NCBI GenBank assembly: GCA_963705125.1
Contig: CAVPIY010000008.1
Coordinates: forward strand, 719,900-783,899
Reading direction: 5' to 3'
Length of the DNA stretch: 64,000 nucleotides
Origin: an uncultured Bacteroidales bacterium
Lineage (GTDB): Bacteria > Bacteroidota > Bacteroidia > Bacteroidales > UBA10428
Under the pieces are notes generated by a model, which had not been told where the DNA came from, did no database searches, and worked only from the letters and a program-made list of their open reading frames with translations. Every line of letters starts with the position of its first letter. Position 1 is the stretch's first letter. A program made the translations under genes and the position numbers. This document shows, in pieces, positions 1 to 9,983 of the stretch.

Positions 1-420
1 AAAAAGAAACACTATCTGCATCACATTCATGTTGGTACCGGAAAAGATCCGGATTACCATACTGGTAATCAGAACTTCTTTGTATGGTGGTTCTCATTTA
101 TGAGGCAATACCTCACGATATGGCAGCTACTTATCATGGCTGCTATTTTTAATGTAGGCCTGCTTTTTTTTAATGAACTTCAACTTATCGTGCTTTGGAT
201 AGTTCCCTCCGTTTTGTCAACTTTTCAGCTCTTTTTCTTTGGAACATATCTTCCCCATCATCTTCCGCATACAATCGAAATGGAACCTCATAAAGCCAGG
301 TCGCAAAGGCGGAACCATTTCTTGGCTATGTTATCATGCTACTTTTTTGGATATCACTTCGAACATCATGAATCGCCTCAAACTCCATGGTGGATGCTTT
401 ACCGGATTAAGGGGCTATGA
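1..420 (+). CDS. crtW: beta-carotene ketolase-like carotenoid oxygenase (fatty-acid-desaturase type); 5' end lies outside the window
   Basis: Frame 1 is open from nt 1 (KKKHYLHHIHVGTGKDPDYH...) into the listed 100..420 ORF. The His boxes HYLHH and FEHHESPQTPWW fit the CrtW/desaturase pattern. The gene heads a carotenoid cluster. Confidence 0.55.
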   Translation, partial: KKKHYLHHIHVGTGKDPDYHTGNQNFFVWWFSFMRQYLTIWQLLIMAAIFNVGLLFFNELQLIVLWIVPSVLSTFQLFFFGTYLPHHLPHTIEMEPHKARSQRRNHFLAMLSCYFFGYHFEHHESPQTPWWMLYRIKGL

Positions 421-552
421 TATAACCTTATCGTGTCCGGGATTTGTTATTGTAAAGGAAATTTTCATTATATGTGAAAACAATTCTTTAATTTTATTGT
501 TAGCCAAATAACAATAAGACCAGAATCAGAAATAGGAACAAACCTGCAAGTT

Positions 553-1392
553 ATGATGCAACTTTATGATAATGTTTCATTCAGTATAAGCAAGATTGTA
601 ACGCGCAAATACAGCACATCGTTCTCAATTGCTGTAAGTTTTCTGAAACCGGAAATCAGAAATGCAATTTACAGCATCTATGGTTTTGTAAGGATTGCAG
701 ATGAAATTGCAGATACTTTTCATGCATATGATAAAAGTAAATTGTTAGATGAATTTGAAGATGGTTACTATAGGGCATATAATGAGGGTATTAGTCTTAA
801 TCCGGTATTGCATTCTTTCCAGATTACAGTTAAAAAATATAGTATACCTGATGATCTTATCCAGGCTTTTCTTAGAAGTATGAAATCAGACCTGGTTAAA
901 AATGGCAGTTATAGTAAACCCGAATTCGAAGAATATATTTATGGATCGGCCGAGGCAGTGGGATTAATGTGTCTATGTGTATTTGTAAGGGGAGATATGA
1001 GCCTTTACAAGAAACTGCAGGATCCGGCAAAGAAATTAGGATCTGCCTTTCAGAAAGTAAATTTTTTAAGGGATCTTAATAATGATTTGACTGAACTTAA
1101 AAGAAGCTATTTCCCGGAGTTGGATTCTAAAACGTTTAACCACGAGGCAAAGGATATAATCATTAAAGATATTGAAGCCGACTTTATAGAATCTTTGCAA
1201 GGAATCAGGAGACTGCCAGAAGATGCAAAACTTCCGGTTCTGATTGCATATTACTATTATTTAAACCTGCTGCATAAAATCAGAAATACACCTGCAGAAA
1301 AACTGATAAAGACAAGGATCAGAGTTCATGATTTGAAGAAGTTTTTTCTGCTTAACAAAGCATATGTTGCTGTGAAGATGGGATTTATTTAA
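553..1392 (+). CDS. crtB: phytoene synthase (squalene/phytoene synthase family)
   Basis: 279-aa ORF with YSTSFSIA, YGFVRIADEIAD, YGSAEAVGLM and FLRDLNNDL, the Asp-rich and family motifs of phytoene synthases. The neighbours are carotenoid genes. Confidence 0.85.
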   Translation: MMQLYDNVSFSISKIVTRKYSTSFSIAVSFLKPEIRNAIYSIYGFVRIADEIADTFHAYDKSKLLDEFEDGYYRAYNEGISLNPVLHSFQITVKKYSIPDDLIQAFLRSMKSDLVKNGSYSKPEFEEYIYGSAEAVGLMCLCVFVRGDMSLYKKLQDPAKKLGSAFQKVNFLRDLNNDLTELKRSYFPELDSKTFNHEAKDIIIKDIEADFIESLQGIRRLPEDAKLPVLIAYYYYLNLLHKIRNTPAEKLIKTRIRVHDLKKFFLLNKAYVAVKMGFI

Positions 1393-1399
1393 TTTTAGC

Positions 1400-1921
1400 A
1401 TGAAAGAAACTTACGTTATACTGGTTGATGAAAATGATAATCCTATTGGATTGATGGAGAAGATGGAGGCTCATAGGAAAGCTATGCTGCATCGTGCCAT
1501 ATCGGTATTCATTATCAATTTAAAGGGAGAGTGGATCTTGCAGAAAAGAGCTCTGGATAAGTACCATTCCAAAGGATTATGGACAAATACTTGTTGTACC
1601 CATCCTTTGCCGGATGAATCGGAAATCGAAACAGCTAATCGCCGGTTAGCAGAAGAGATGGGTTTGAATTGTAACCTCAGGAAATTGTTTAGTTTCATTT
1701 ATAAAGAAAAGCTTGATAATGAGCTTACTGAGCATGAATTAGATCATGTCTTTATTGGGGTTACAGATAATGAGCCGGTAATTAATACTGCTGAGGTTGT
1801 TGACTGGAAAAAGTTGTCTTTCGAAGAACTGCACATCGATATTAAAGCCAATCCTGGCAACTATACCTATTGGTTCAAGCAGATTTATCAGAATGTTAAC
1901 GCTCACATTCTTAATGAATAG
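1400..1921 (+). CDS. idi: isopentenyl-diphosphate delta-isomerase, type 1 (Nudix)
   Basis: 173 aa. LHRAISVFI...WTNTCCTHP...E..A..RRL.EEMG matches the type-1 IDI signature. It starts 8 nt after crtB. Confidence 0.85.
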   Translation: MKETYVILVDENDNPIGLMEKMEAHRKAMLHRAISVFIINLKGEWILQKRALDKYHSKGLWTNTCCTHPLPDESEIETANRRLAEEMGLNCNLRKLFSFIYKEKLDNELTEHELDHVFIGVTDNEPVINTAEVVDWKKLSFEELHIDIKANPGNYTYWFKQIYQNVNAHILNE

Positions 1922-1923
1922 TT

Positions 1924-2625
1924 ATGCCGCTCTATTCTGTTATTTTGCTTTTTTCTATTTTCATTCCATTCATTCTGAGTTTCGACAGGAAAGTCAGCTT
2001 CTACAGAATTTGGAAAAGTATTATACCTTCTTCAATAATTGTTGGTGCAGTCTACATCATTTTCGATATCATTTTTGTAAAGAACGGAGTCTGGGGATTT
2101 AACCCGGGTTATCATTCAAAAGTCTTAATTTTTGGGTTGCCCCTGGAGGAGTGGCTCTTTTTTATCCTTATTCCATATGCTTGTGTATTCATCCATTATG
2201 TATTAGTTGCCTATTTTCCAGATCTGAGGATCAGCGATAGTCATGTGAGAATCTTGTCTGGATTAATTATCCTGTTTTTAGTAATAGCAGTTGTACTGAA
2301 TTTGGATAAAACTTACACCCTGTTCAATTTCAGTTTACTGATACTTGCTCTCATTTGGGCTCTCTTTGATAAAACCAAGTTAATGAACCGATACTATTTA
2401 TCATTTCTGATGATTTTAATACCTTTCTTCATTGTAAACAGTATATTAACCGGTACATTCATTGACGGCGAAGTTGTTTGGTACAATAATGCAGAGACAC
2501 TCGGAATAAGGATTGGAACAGTCCCTGTTGAGGATGTGGGTTATGCCTTCAGCCTGGTACTTCTGAATTTATTATTGATAAACTGGTTTCAGGGATTTTA
2601 TAAGCACTATAAGGTAAAAAACTGA
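1924..2625 (+). CDS. lycopene cyclase domain protein (fused CrtYc/CrtYd-type)
   Basis: 233-aa polytopic membrane ORF with two repeated halves and PLEEWLFF / PVEDVGY-type motifs typical of heterodimeric-type lycopene cyclases. It starts 3 nt after idi. Confidence 0.65.
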   Translation: MPLYSVILLFSIFIPFILSFDRKVSFYRIWKSIIPSSIIVGAVYIIFDIIFVKNGVWGFNPGYHSKVLIFGLPLEEWLFFILIPYACVFIHYVLVAYFPDLRISDSHVRILSGLIILFLVIAVVLNLDKTYTLFNFSLLILALIWALFDKTKLMNRYYLSFLMILIPFFIVNSILTGTFIDGEVVWYNNAETLGIRIGTVPVEDVGYAFSLVLLNLLLINWFQGFYKHYKVKN

Positions 2626-2626
2626 T

Positions 2627-3304
2627 ATGTTATTGGTTTTTAATGATATTAGAAATTATTTTACAAACAACAAGCGCTTTGTTGAAACCTTCTTTATTAT
2701 TTTTTACGCTATTGGTTTTATAGGAATTGCGCTCCCGTTTTCACATCTCCTGTTTGTAAAACTGGTTCCGGTAGCCCTTCTGATCAGCCTCATCGCCATA
2801 TTGCTTTTCCATCAATATGCATTTGACACGAGGACTGTCCTGGTTCTCGCAACAATTGGTTTATCTGGTTATATTATTGAGGTTGTCGGGGTTAATACCC
2901 ACCTTGTGTTTGGCCAATACCAATATGGCCGCGCCCTGGGTATAAAAATAGCTAACACCCCGGTTTTAATCGGCCTCAATTGGTTGATGCTTACTTATGC
3001 CGGCAGTTCATTAGCAGAGCGGATGAGTCTGCCTGTATGGCTTAAAATCATTATTTCTTCACTTCTTGTTCTTATATATGATATTATACTTGAAAGGGTT
3101 GCCCCTGCTATGGATATGTGGTACTGGTATAACAATGTTGTACCTTTGCAGAATTATATCGCCTGGTTCATTATCGCACTTTTATTTCAGGTTTTAATTA
3201 AGGCATCCGGGATAAATACAAAAAATTCAATAGCCTTTATGGTAATGCTATCACAGTGTATCTTTTTTTTATCTTTAATCATCCTTTTTAATCTTACAAG
3301 ATGA
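2627..3304 (+). CDS. carotenoid biosynthesis membrane protein (CruF-like 1',2'-hydratase family candidate)
   Basis: 225-aa multi-TM ORF immediately after the cyclase. Its size, topology and position match the 'carotenoid biosynthesis protein' (DUF422/CruF) family. The assignment comes from context and recollection, not a search. Confidence 0.45.
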   Translation: MLLVFNDIRNYFTNNKRFVETFFIIFYAIGFIGIALPFSHLLFVKLVPVALLISLIAILLFHQYAFDTRTVLVLATIGLSGYIIEVVGVNTHLVFGQYQYGRALGIKIANTPVLIGLNWLMLTYAGSSLAERMSLPVWLKIIISSLLVLIYDIILERVAPAMDMWYWYNNVVPLQNYIAWFIIALLFQVLIKASGINTKNSIAFMVMLSQCIFFLSLIILFNLTR

Positions 3305-3927
3305 TAATTAAGGCCAGACATCATCCGATAGTTCATTCATTCTTTAAACTATATGTTCCTTATATAATCAGAAGGAATTTCCATAAGGTGAATATTTCAG
3401 GAAATTACCAGGAGAAAAACAAACCTCTTTTAATTATTGCAAATCATATAAGCTGGTGGGACGGTTTCTGGACATTGCATCTGATCCTTAATTTATTCCA
3501 TCGTAAATTTCACTTCATGATGCAGGAAGATCAGCTCAGGAAGATCAGTATTTTTAGCCTTACCGGTGGTTTTTCAATTAAGAAGGGATCAAGATCCATT
3601 TTGGAATCAATAAAATATACCATTGAACTTCTGTCGGATAATAGAAATCTTGTTCTTTTATTCCCCCAAGGTAAAATTACTTCTTTATACAGTCAGTCAT
3701 TCTATTTTGAGAAGGGCCTGGAACGCATTATTAAAGAGGTTAACGGTAGGGTTCAGTTTTTTTTTCAGGCTAACCTGATTGATTATTTTTCGCATAAGAA
3801 ACCTTCACTCTTTATCTACCTGAAGGAATTCGAAAAGTCAAACCTTGACATTGTCAGCATTCAGGATGAATATAGCGCATTTTATGCTGCATGTGTTGCA
3901 GAAAACATTAAAAAAGCGGAGGCCTGA
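3301..3927 (+). CDS. lysophospholipid/PlsC-type acyltransferase
   Basis: 208 aa. The HX4D acyltransferase box is present as NHISWWDG, and the FPQGK motif is present. There is a 4-nt start/stop overlap with the upstream gene. Confidence 0.6.
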   Translation: MIIKARHHPIVHSFFKLYVPYIIRRNFHKVNISGNYQEKNKPLLIIANHISWWDGFWTLHLILNLFHRKFHFMMQEDQLRKISIFSLTGGFSIKKGSRSILESIKYTIELLSDNRNLVLLFPQGKITSLYSQSFYFEKGLERIIKEVNGRVQFFFQANLIDYFSHKKPSLFIYLKEFEKSNLDIVSIQDEYSAFYAACVAENIKKAEA

Positions 3928-5024
3928 TGCTGTATCTCGCCTGGTTTATTTTTTTCTTTACAATGCTGAAATTGCTTATAGCCTTCGTGAACCTGCTTTT
4001 TATATCAAAACTTTTACCAGGAAACAGGAATGAGAAACCCCTGGTTTCCATTTTGATCCCTGCCAGAAATGAAGAAAAAAACATTGGTAATGTTTTAAAC
4101 GATATCCTGCACCAGGATTATTCCAACATTGAAGTGATTGTTTTTAATGACTTATCAACCGACTCAACAGCTGAAATTGTTCAGGAATATACGCGGCGCG
4201 ACAACAGAATCAGCAAGATAAACGCCGAACAGTTGCCTGAAGGATGGCTTGGTAAAAACTGGGCCTGCCATACATTATCCAGGCATGCCAAGGGGGAGTA
4301 TTTTTTGTTTCTGGATGCGGATGTAAGAGTGGGTAATGAATTGATATATAATGCGATATCTTATTTGGTCCGCTTCGATCTGGCACTGGTTTCAATTTTT
4401 CCAAGGCAGATCATCAAAACAATTGGGGAAAAGGTTACTGTCCCGGTTATGAACTACATTCTGCTCTCTCTGTTGCCGCTTGTGCTTGTGAGAAAATCAA
4501 CTTTTCCTTCATTAGCCGCAGCCAACGGACAGTTTATGCTATTTAATGCCATAGTATATAAATTATTGGATCCGCATGAAAAAATGAAAAACAACCTGGT
4601 TGAAGATATTGAAATTGCGCGTTATCTGAAAAGGGAGAAATTTAAAATTGCCTGCCTTACAGGTGACAAAACTATTCAGTGCAGGATGTATTCCGGATTA
4701 AACGAGGCTATCCGGGGTTTCTCAAAGAATGTTTCCGCATTTTTCGGCAATTCAATAATGCTTTCATTCCTCTTTTGGTTCATAACCACATTCGGTTTTC
4801 TATTTGTTTTTTTTGCATTGCCGATGCCGTTATTTATAACTTACTTATTATCCTATATTTCAATAAGGATAATCATATCTTTCGTCAGCGAACAAAATAC
4901 GGTTGAAAATCTGTTATTGATATTTCCACAGCAGATTTCGCTGGGTTTATTCATCTTTTTCGCATTCATCAATAAAAAAAACAAAACCTATCATTGGAAA
5001 GGACGAGATATAAAATCCTTGTAA
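3927..5024 (+). CDS. family 2 glycosyltransferase (membrane-anchored)
   Basis: 365 aa. VSILIPARNEE...DADV matches GT2 signatures (DxD-like LDAD). TM segments lie at the N and C termini. There is a 1-nt overlap with the acyltransferase stop. Confidence 0.75.
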   Translation: MLYLAWFIFFFTMLKLLIAFVNLLFISKLLPGNRNEKPLVSILIPARNEEKNIGNVLNDILHQDYSNIEVIVFNDLSTDSTAEIVQEYTRRDNRISKINAEQLPEGWLGKNWACHTLSRHAKGEYFLFLDADVRVGNELIYNAISYLVRFDLALVSIFPRQIIKTIGEKVTVPVMNYILLSLLPLVLVRKSTFPSLAAANGQFMLFNAIVYKLLDPHEKMKNNLVEDIEIARYLKREKFKIACLTGDKTIQCRMYSGLNEAIRGFSKNVSAFFGNSIMLSFLFWFITTFGFLFVFFALPMPLFITYLLSYISIRIIISFVSEQNTVENLLLIFPQQISLGLFIFFAFINKKNKTYHWKGRDIKSL

Positions 5025-5731
5025 TCTTTCTGATATCCCTGGGTGCGAACGCCAGGGCCAGCTATAAATCGGAGATATACACTGCCTATGTGTATAATCA
5101 TATGGCAAACTGGAAAAGAATCATTGACAGAATGGAGGGGCTAAAAAACAAGGGGCCCGATCTTATGATTGAGTTAGTGAACTACCAGTATGGTTATATA
5201 GCCTGGTGCATAGGTAACAAGAAAATCGATGAAGCGAAGTACTACCTTGAACTGGCTGAAAAAAATATTTCAATTCTCTCTAAAGACATCAATAACCTTT
5301 CTATGGTTAATTCATACAAGGCAGCATTTTATGGCTACAGAATAGGATTAAACAATTTATTGGCTCCGTTTTTAGGGATTAAAAGTATTGATTGTGCTAA
5401 ACTTGCAATAAAAATTGATCAGGAAAATCCCTTAGGGTATGTTCAATATGCAAATATTCAATTTTATATGCCCTCGGTATTTGGCGGATCAAAAGAAGAA
5501 GCCTTGACATATTATCTCAAAGCGATGGAACTCATGGAGAAAAATGTAAGTGATATTAAAGAAAACTGGAATTATCTTAGTCTTCTTACAGTAATTGCTC
5601 AGTCTTATTCCTATCTGAATGACTTTAAATCTTCTATATTTTATCTTGAGAAGATATTGAAGCTTGAACCTGAATTTAGTTATGTGAAAAACGAATTGTA
5701 CCCAAAGGTACTGAATAAAATGAAATTGTAA
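4994..5731 (+). CDS. hypothetical helical-repeat (TPR-like) protein; start uncertain (TTG)
   Basis: 245-aa ORF with a signal-like N terminus and repeated Y/A-rich helical segments. No ATG occurs near the 5' end. It is embedded in the carotenoid operon. Confidence 0.4.
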   Translation: MERTRYKILVIFLISLGANARASYKSEIYTAYVYNHMANWKRIIDRMEGLKNKGPDLMIELVNYQYGYIAWCIGNKKIDEAKYYLELAEKNISILSKDINNLSMVNSYKAAFYGYRIGLNNLLAPFLGIKSIDCAKLAIKIDQENPLGYVQYANIQFYMPSVFGGSKEEALTYYLKAMELMEKNVSDIKENWNYLSLLTVIAQSYSYLNDFKSSIFYLEKILKLEPEFSYVKNELYPKVLNKMKL

Positions 5732-5734
5732 AAT

Positions 5735-7210
5735 ATGGCAAAAAGTGCATTAATTGTCGGAGCCGGACTGGGAGGACTTGCAACAGCTTTGCGGCTTGCA
5801 AAAAAAGGTTATAAAGTTGAGATAATTGAGAAAAACAATCAGGCAGGAGGCCGGGTAAACCAGCTTAAGAAAGATGGATTCACATTTGACACCGGGCCCA
5901 GTTTTTTCAGCATGTCATATGAATTTACGCAGTTTGCCAAAGATTGCAATATTGAATTACCCTTTAAATACATTAGTCTCGATCCTTTATATACTGTTAA
6001 CTTCAGAGGAAATCCCAAGACCTATTTTTTATATAAGGATATTCATAAACTGGCTACCCAGTTCAGTGATGTGGAGCCTGATTTTGAAGAGAAAATGACC
6101 AGATATCTTGAAAAAAGCAAACGGCTTTTTCATGATACTGTAGATGTCGCAATTAAAAACAACTATGACTCTCTTTTTGATTATTTCGTAAAACTCCTTC
6201 GTGTAAATCCTGTACATCTGCCTGTGCTTTTCCGCAATTTCTGGCAGCAGGTCTCAAAATATTTCAAGTCGGACGATGCAATACAGATTTTATCACTTGT
6301 CGCATTTTTCCTCGGGAAGACTCCTTTTGATACGTCGGCTGTATATACTTTACTCTCCTATACTGAGTTCATGCACGATGGCTACTTCAACGTTGAAGGA
6401 GGTATGTATAAAATTATTGAGGGTATTGTAAATGAGCTTGAAAAAGAGAATGTTAAAATTACCTATAATACAGAAATAGTTGATTTTGTCTCTGATAATG
6501 ATAAGCTTACAGCCCTGATTGATATGAATGAAAGGAGATGGACTGCAGATATAATTTTAGTAAATGCCGATGCTGCAGTATTCAGAGGTTCTGTTTTCAA
6601 ACGAAAGGAATTCTCTGAGAAAAAGCTTGATAAAAAGTCATGGACCATGGGTCCCCTGACAGTTTATCTGGGACTTAAATGTAAACTGCCGATGGTTCAT
6701 CATCACAACTATTATCTGGGAGATAATTTCAGCGAATATGCCGATAAAGTATTTAAGAGTCCCGACTCATTGGAAAAACCCTATTATTATGTAAATGTGC
6801 TTTCGAAGCATAATCCCGGTTGTGCTCCGCATGATTGTGAAAGTTTGTTCATAGTTTGTCCGGTTCCTGATCTCAGGTTTAAACCTGACTGGAGCGACAA
6901 GGATCAAATAGTTGACAGTATTATAGAAGATTTTTCAGGAAGGATTGGAAAAGATATAAAGCCTGAGATTGTTTCTAGAACTGTTTATACCCCCGAAGAC
7001 TGGCAGAATCAGTATAATCTGCATCGTGGGAGTGGACTGGGACTTTCGCACGATATGTTGCAAATCGGAGGATTTCGCCCAAAAAATTATGATGAAGTAT
7101 TTAAAAATGTATTTTACGTCGGGGCCTCAACCATACCGGGTACCGGATTGCCTATGGTGATGATCAGTTCAAAACTGGTTTGTGAAAGAGTCGAAAAACA
7201 TTCAAGATAA
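5735..7210 (+). CDS. crtI: phytoene desaturase family FAD oxidoreductase
   Basis: 491 aa. N-terminal dinucleotide fold (VGAGLGGLATALRLAKKGYKVEIIEKNNQAGGR) and C-terminal YVGASTIPGTGLPMV are typical of CrtI. Confidence 0.85.
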   Translation: MAKSALIVGAGLGGLATALRLAKKGYKVEIIEKNNQAGGRVNQLKKDGFTFDTGPSFFSMSYEFTQFAKDCNIELPFKYISLDPLYTVNFRGNPKTYFLYKDIHKLATQFSDVEPDFEEKMTRYLEKSKRLFHDTVDVAIKNNYDSLFDYFVKLLRVNPVHLPVLFRNFWQQVSKYFKSDDAIQILSLVAFFLGKTPFDTSAVYTLLSYTEFMHDGYFNVEGGMYKIIEGIVNELEKENVKITYNTEIVDFVSDNDKLTALIDMNERRWTADIILVNADAAVFRGSVFKRKEFSEKKLDKKSWTMGPLTVYLGLKCKLPMVHHHNYYLGDNFSEYADKVFKSPDSLEKPYYYVNVLSKHNPGCAPHDCESLFIVCPVPDLRFKPDWSDKDQIVDSIIEDFSGRIGKDIKPEIVSRTVYTPEDWQNQYNLHRGSGLGLSHDMLQIGGFRPKNYDEVFKNVFYVGASTIPGTGLPMVMISSKLVCERVEKHSR

Positions 7211-7441
7211 TCAGGACAACGGGACTATTAGGCCTGTACAGTGCCAGAAACAAAATCCGCTCATGTTCTCTCCGGGGGGACTGAATTCAAACCAGTTATT
7301 TCTTGATCTACTGAAAATCAATAGATTAAAGCGGCTTTTGTAATTTATATACCGAACTTACTTTTGCCACATTTCTAGGAAATACGTAATCTCTGTAAAT
7401 TTGATATGATAAATCTGACTAATTAATTAGGGGTCGATACA

Positions 7442-9859
7442 CTATTCAAATTTCAATGTCTTAACAGGATTCATCATAGATATCCTATAAGCCCTAAACC
7501 CACTAATTGCAAGTGCAACAAAAAGGGTAATTAATCCGGAGAGAACATATATCTCCCATTGCGTACCAATATGGCTCGAATAGTTGTTTAACCAACGTGT
7601 TGTTGCAAAGTAGCTAACAGGCCATGCGATGAGGTTTGACAATATCAAAAGTATGAAGAACTCATTTGACATTAATCTAATAACACTACCTGTGGAAGCA
7701 CCCAGTACACGCCTGATACCTATCTCTTTGGTTCGTTGCTCGGCAAGGAATGAAGTTAAGCCAATAAGACCCAGACTGGCTATAATGATTGCCAAAACGC
7801 TAAGCATTACAGTAAATTTTCCAAATTTCTCCTCGTCGTTATATTGGCTGCCAATCTGTTGTTCAAAAATATTATACTCGAATGGACGGCTTGGTGCAAA
7901 CTTGTTCCATTTACTTTCTATAAACTTTAATGCTTCACTATATTGATTTGAATTTATCCTGACTGCAATTACTCTTGCAAAAGCTTGCGGCCGCCGGAAC
8001 ATATCAATAATGAAGTTGTTCAGAGGAGTACGCAACGACATAGCATTGAAATCCTTAACTACTCCAATAACCCTTTCATCACCATCCTGCGATTTGACCT
8101 TTCTGCCAATAGCATTTTCTAAAGTCCAACCCATGTTTTTCACCATTGTTTCGTTTATAACAACTGCATGTAAAGTATCACTTGGAAAATCCCTTGAGAA
8201 CGCCCTGCCTGAAATAACTTTAAAATCAAAAGTTTGAATAAAATCCCAATCCACCAAAAATGCAGGTACATAATAATCTTCATCTGGGTTTAATCCTTCA
8301 ATCTGATATGCCCGGGTATTATGATTTACACCGAGTACATCTTCCATACCGGTAACAGATACTATATCACTATTCTCTTTTAATTCCTGCTTAAAAGCCT
8401 CATAATTTCTGAATAGCTGCCCGGTTGTTTCGAATGTGATAATTTGATCCTTCTTAAACCCTATATTGGCGTTTCGCATAAAATTGAGCTGGGCGAAAAC
8501 AACAAAAGCAGCTATAATTAAACCTATTGAGATTGTAAATTGGAATACTACAAGAGATCTTCGCGCAGTTGCACTTTTTGAGCCATTTTTGAGTAGTCCT
8601 TTCAGGATATTTAATGGTTTAAAGGACGATAGGATTATTGCAGGGTATATTCCGGCAAGTATACCCACCACAAAAGAAAGCAGTAGTGCAAAAGAAAGCA
8701 GTCTGGGCTGAAGCAAGAACGAGGTAAGTATCTGTTTGCCTGTGAAGTTGTTAAGGCCTGGTAGAAAAAGCGCCAGAAGGACAAAAGCGATTATCATTGC
8801 AAAAACACTCTGAATAATCGCTTCGCCCAGGAATTGAATGGCCAGCCCCCTGCGATCGCCGCCGAATACTTTTTTAATCCCAATTTCTTTGGCCCTCCCC
8901 GCAGAACTTGCAGTAGCTAAATTCATGAAATTGATGCATGCAAGGATTAATACAATGCCGGCAATAATAGACAGTATGTAAACATACATAATATCGCTGT
9001 TCTGATGCATTTCGTACATATGATGCGATTTCAGATGTATATCGGTTAAACTCTGCAGATAGTGCCTGACATCCTGGTTTTTAATTTCGGTATAGTAGGT
9101 TTTATAAAAATCAGGAAATTTTTGATCGAGCATCTCTGGTTTTATGCCTGGTTTAAGCAAAACATAAGTCCAAAAAGGATTACCAATCCATCCCGGGTTA
9201 AATTGACTTCGTCCACCACTAAATTGAATAAATGTTGACATGGGAGCCAGCATATCGATTCTGAAATGCGATTGAGGGGGGATATCCTTAATAACACCCG
9301 TTATCTCAAAATCTGTAAACTCCTCTATTCGTAATGTTTTTCCGATTGGTGAATCGTTGCCAAAATATCTTTTTGCAGTTGATTCTGTTAATACAATAGT
9401 GCCTGGCCTCGCAAGTGCTGTTTTGGGATCACCTTGCACGAAAGGGAAGGTAAAAATCTCAAATACGGTTGAATCAACAAAGTAAAAATTGACTTCATTA
9501 AACTTTACAACCTCATTCTTGGCATTTGTATAATCAAAGAACCACTTAGGTCTTTGTCCATTGAAAAACATCACAGTTTTTTCAACCAGTTCAGGGTAGG
9601 CTGTTTCCAGGGTTGAGGCCAGTGGGAATGGACAGGTTGCGGCGTCCTCATTGGCATTATTGGCATTATAAAACCGGTTAACCCTGTAAATTCTGTTGGC
9701 CTTGTCGTTAAACTTGTCATAGCTCAGCTCATCTGATATGTAAAGGACAATAAACATGAAACTTGCTAAACCAATAGCCAGTCCTGTAATGTTTATTAAT
9801 GAATAGTTCCAGTACTTCAGAATATTCCTTAGGGCTATGGTAAAGATATGGTGTATCAT
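7442..9859 (-). CDS. ABC transporter permease, FtsX/MacB-like (double FtsX domain, ~800 aa)
   Basis: 805 aa. It has an N-terminal TM segment plus a MacB-type periplasmic domain, and two FtsX blocks (EIGIKKVFGG..., EIGIRRVLGAS...). It is a paralog of 42371..44797. Confidence 0.85.
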   Translation of the reverse strand: MIHHIFTIALRNILKYWNYSLINITGLAIGLASFMFIVLYISDELSYDKFNDKANRIYRVNRFYNANNANEDAATCPFPLASTLETAYPELVEKTVMFFNGQRPKWFFDYTNAKNEVVKFNEVNFYFVDSTVFEIFTFPFVQGDPKTALARPGTIVLTESTAKRYFGNDSPIGKTLRIEEFTDFEITGVIKDIPPQSHFRIDMLAPMSTFIQFSGGRSQFNPGWIGNPFWTYVLLKPGIKPEMLDQKFPDFYKTYYTEIKNQDVRHYLQSLTDIHLKSHHMYEMHQNSDIMYVYILSIIAGIVLILACINFMNLATASSAGRAKEIGIKKVFGGDRRGLAIQFLGEAIIQSVFAMIIAFVLLALFLPGLNNFTGKQILTSFLLQPRLLSFALLLSFVVGILAGIYPAIILSSFKPLNILKGLLKNGSKSATARRSLVVFQFTISIGLIIAAFVVFAQLNFMRNANIGFKKDQIITFETTGQLFRNYEAFKQELKENSDIVSVTGMEDVLGVNHNTRAYQIEGLNPDEDYYVPAFLVDWDFIQTFDFKVISGRAFSRDFPSDTLHAVVINETMVKNMGWTLENAIGRKVKSQDGDERVIGVVKDFNAMSLRTPLNNFIIDMFRRPQAFARVIAVRINSNQYSEALKFIESKWNKFAPSRPFEYNIFEQQIGSQYNDEEKFGKFTVMLSVLAIIIASLGLIGLTSFLAEQRTKEIGIRRVLGASTGSVIRLMSNEFFILLILSNLIAWPVSYFATTRWLNNYSSHIGTQWEIYVLSGLITLFVALAISGFRAYRISMMNPVKTLKFE

Positions 9860-9983
9860 TCCCAGTCAATTATATTTATAATTCCGCCTCATAAATCAGG
9901 AATATAAATATAATCGGTTAAATCAAAATTTACAAATATTTGGCTCATCAACAATCCTTACCTGGAATAAATGGTATTAAACC

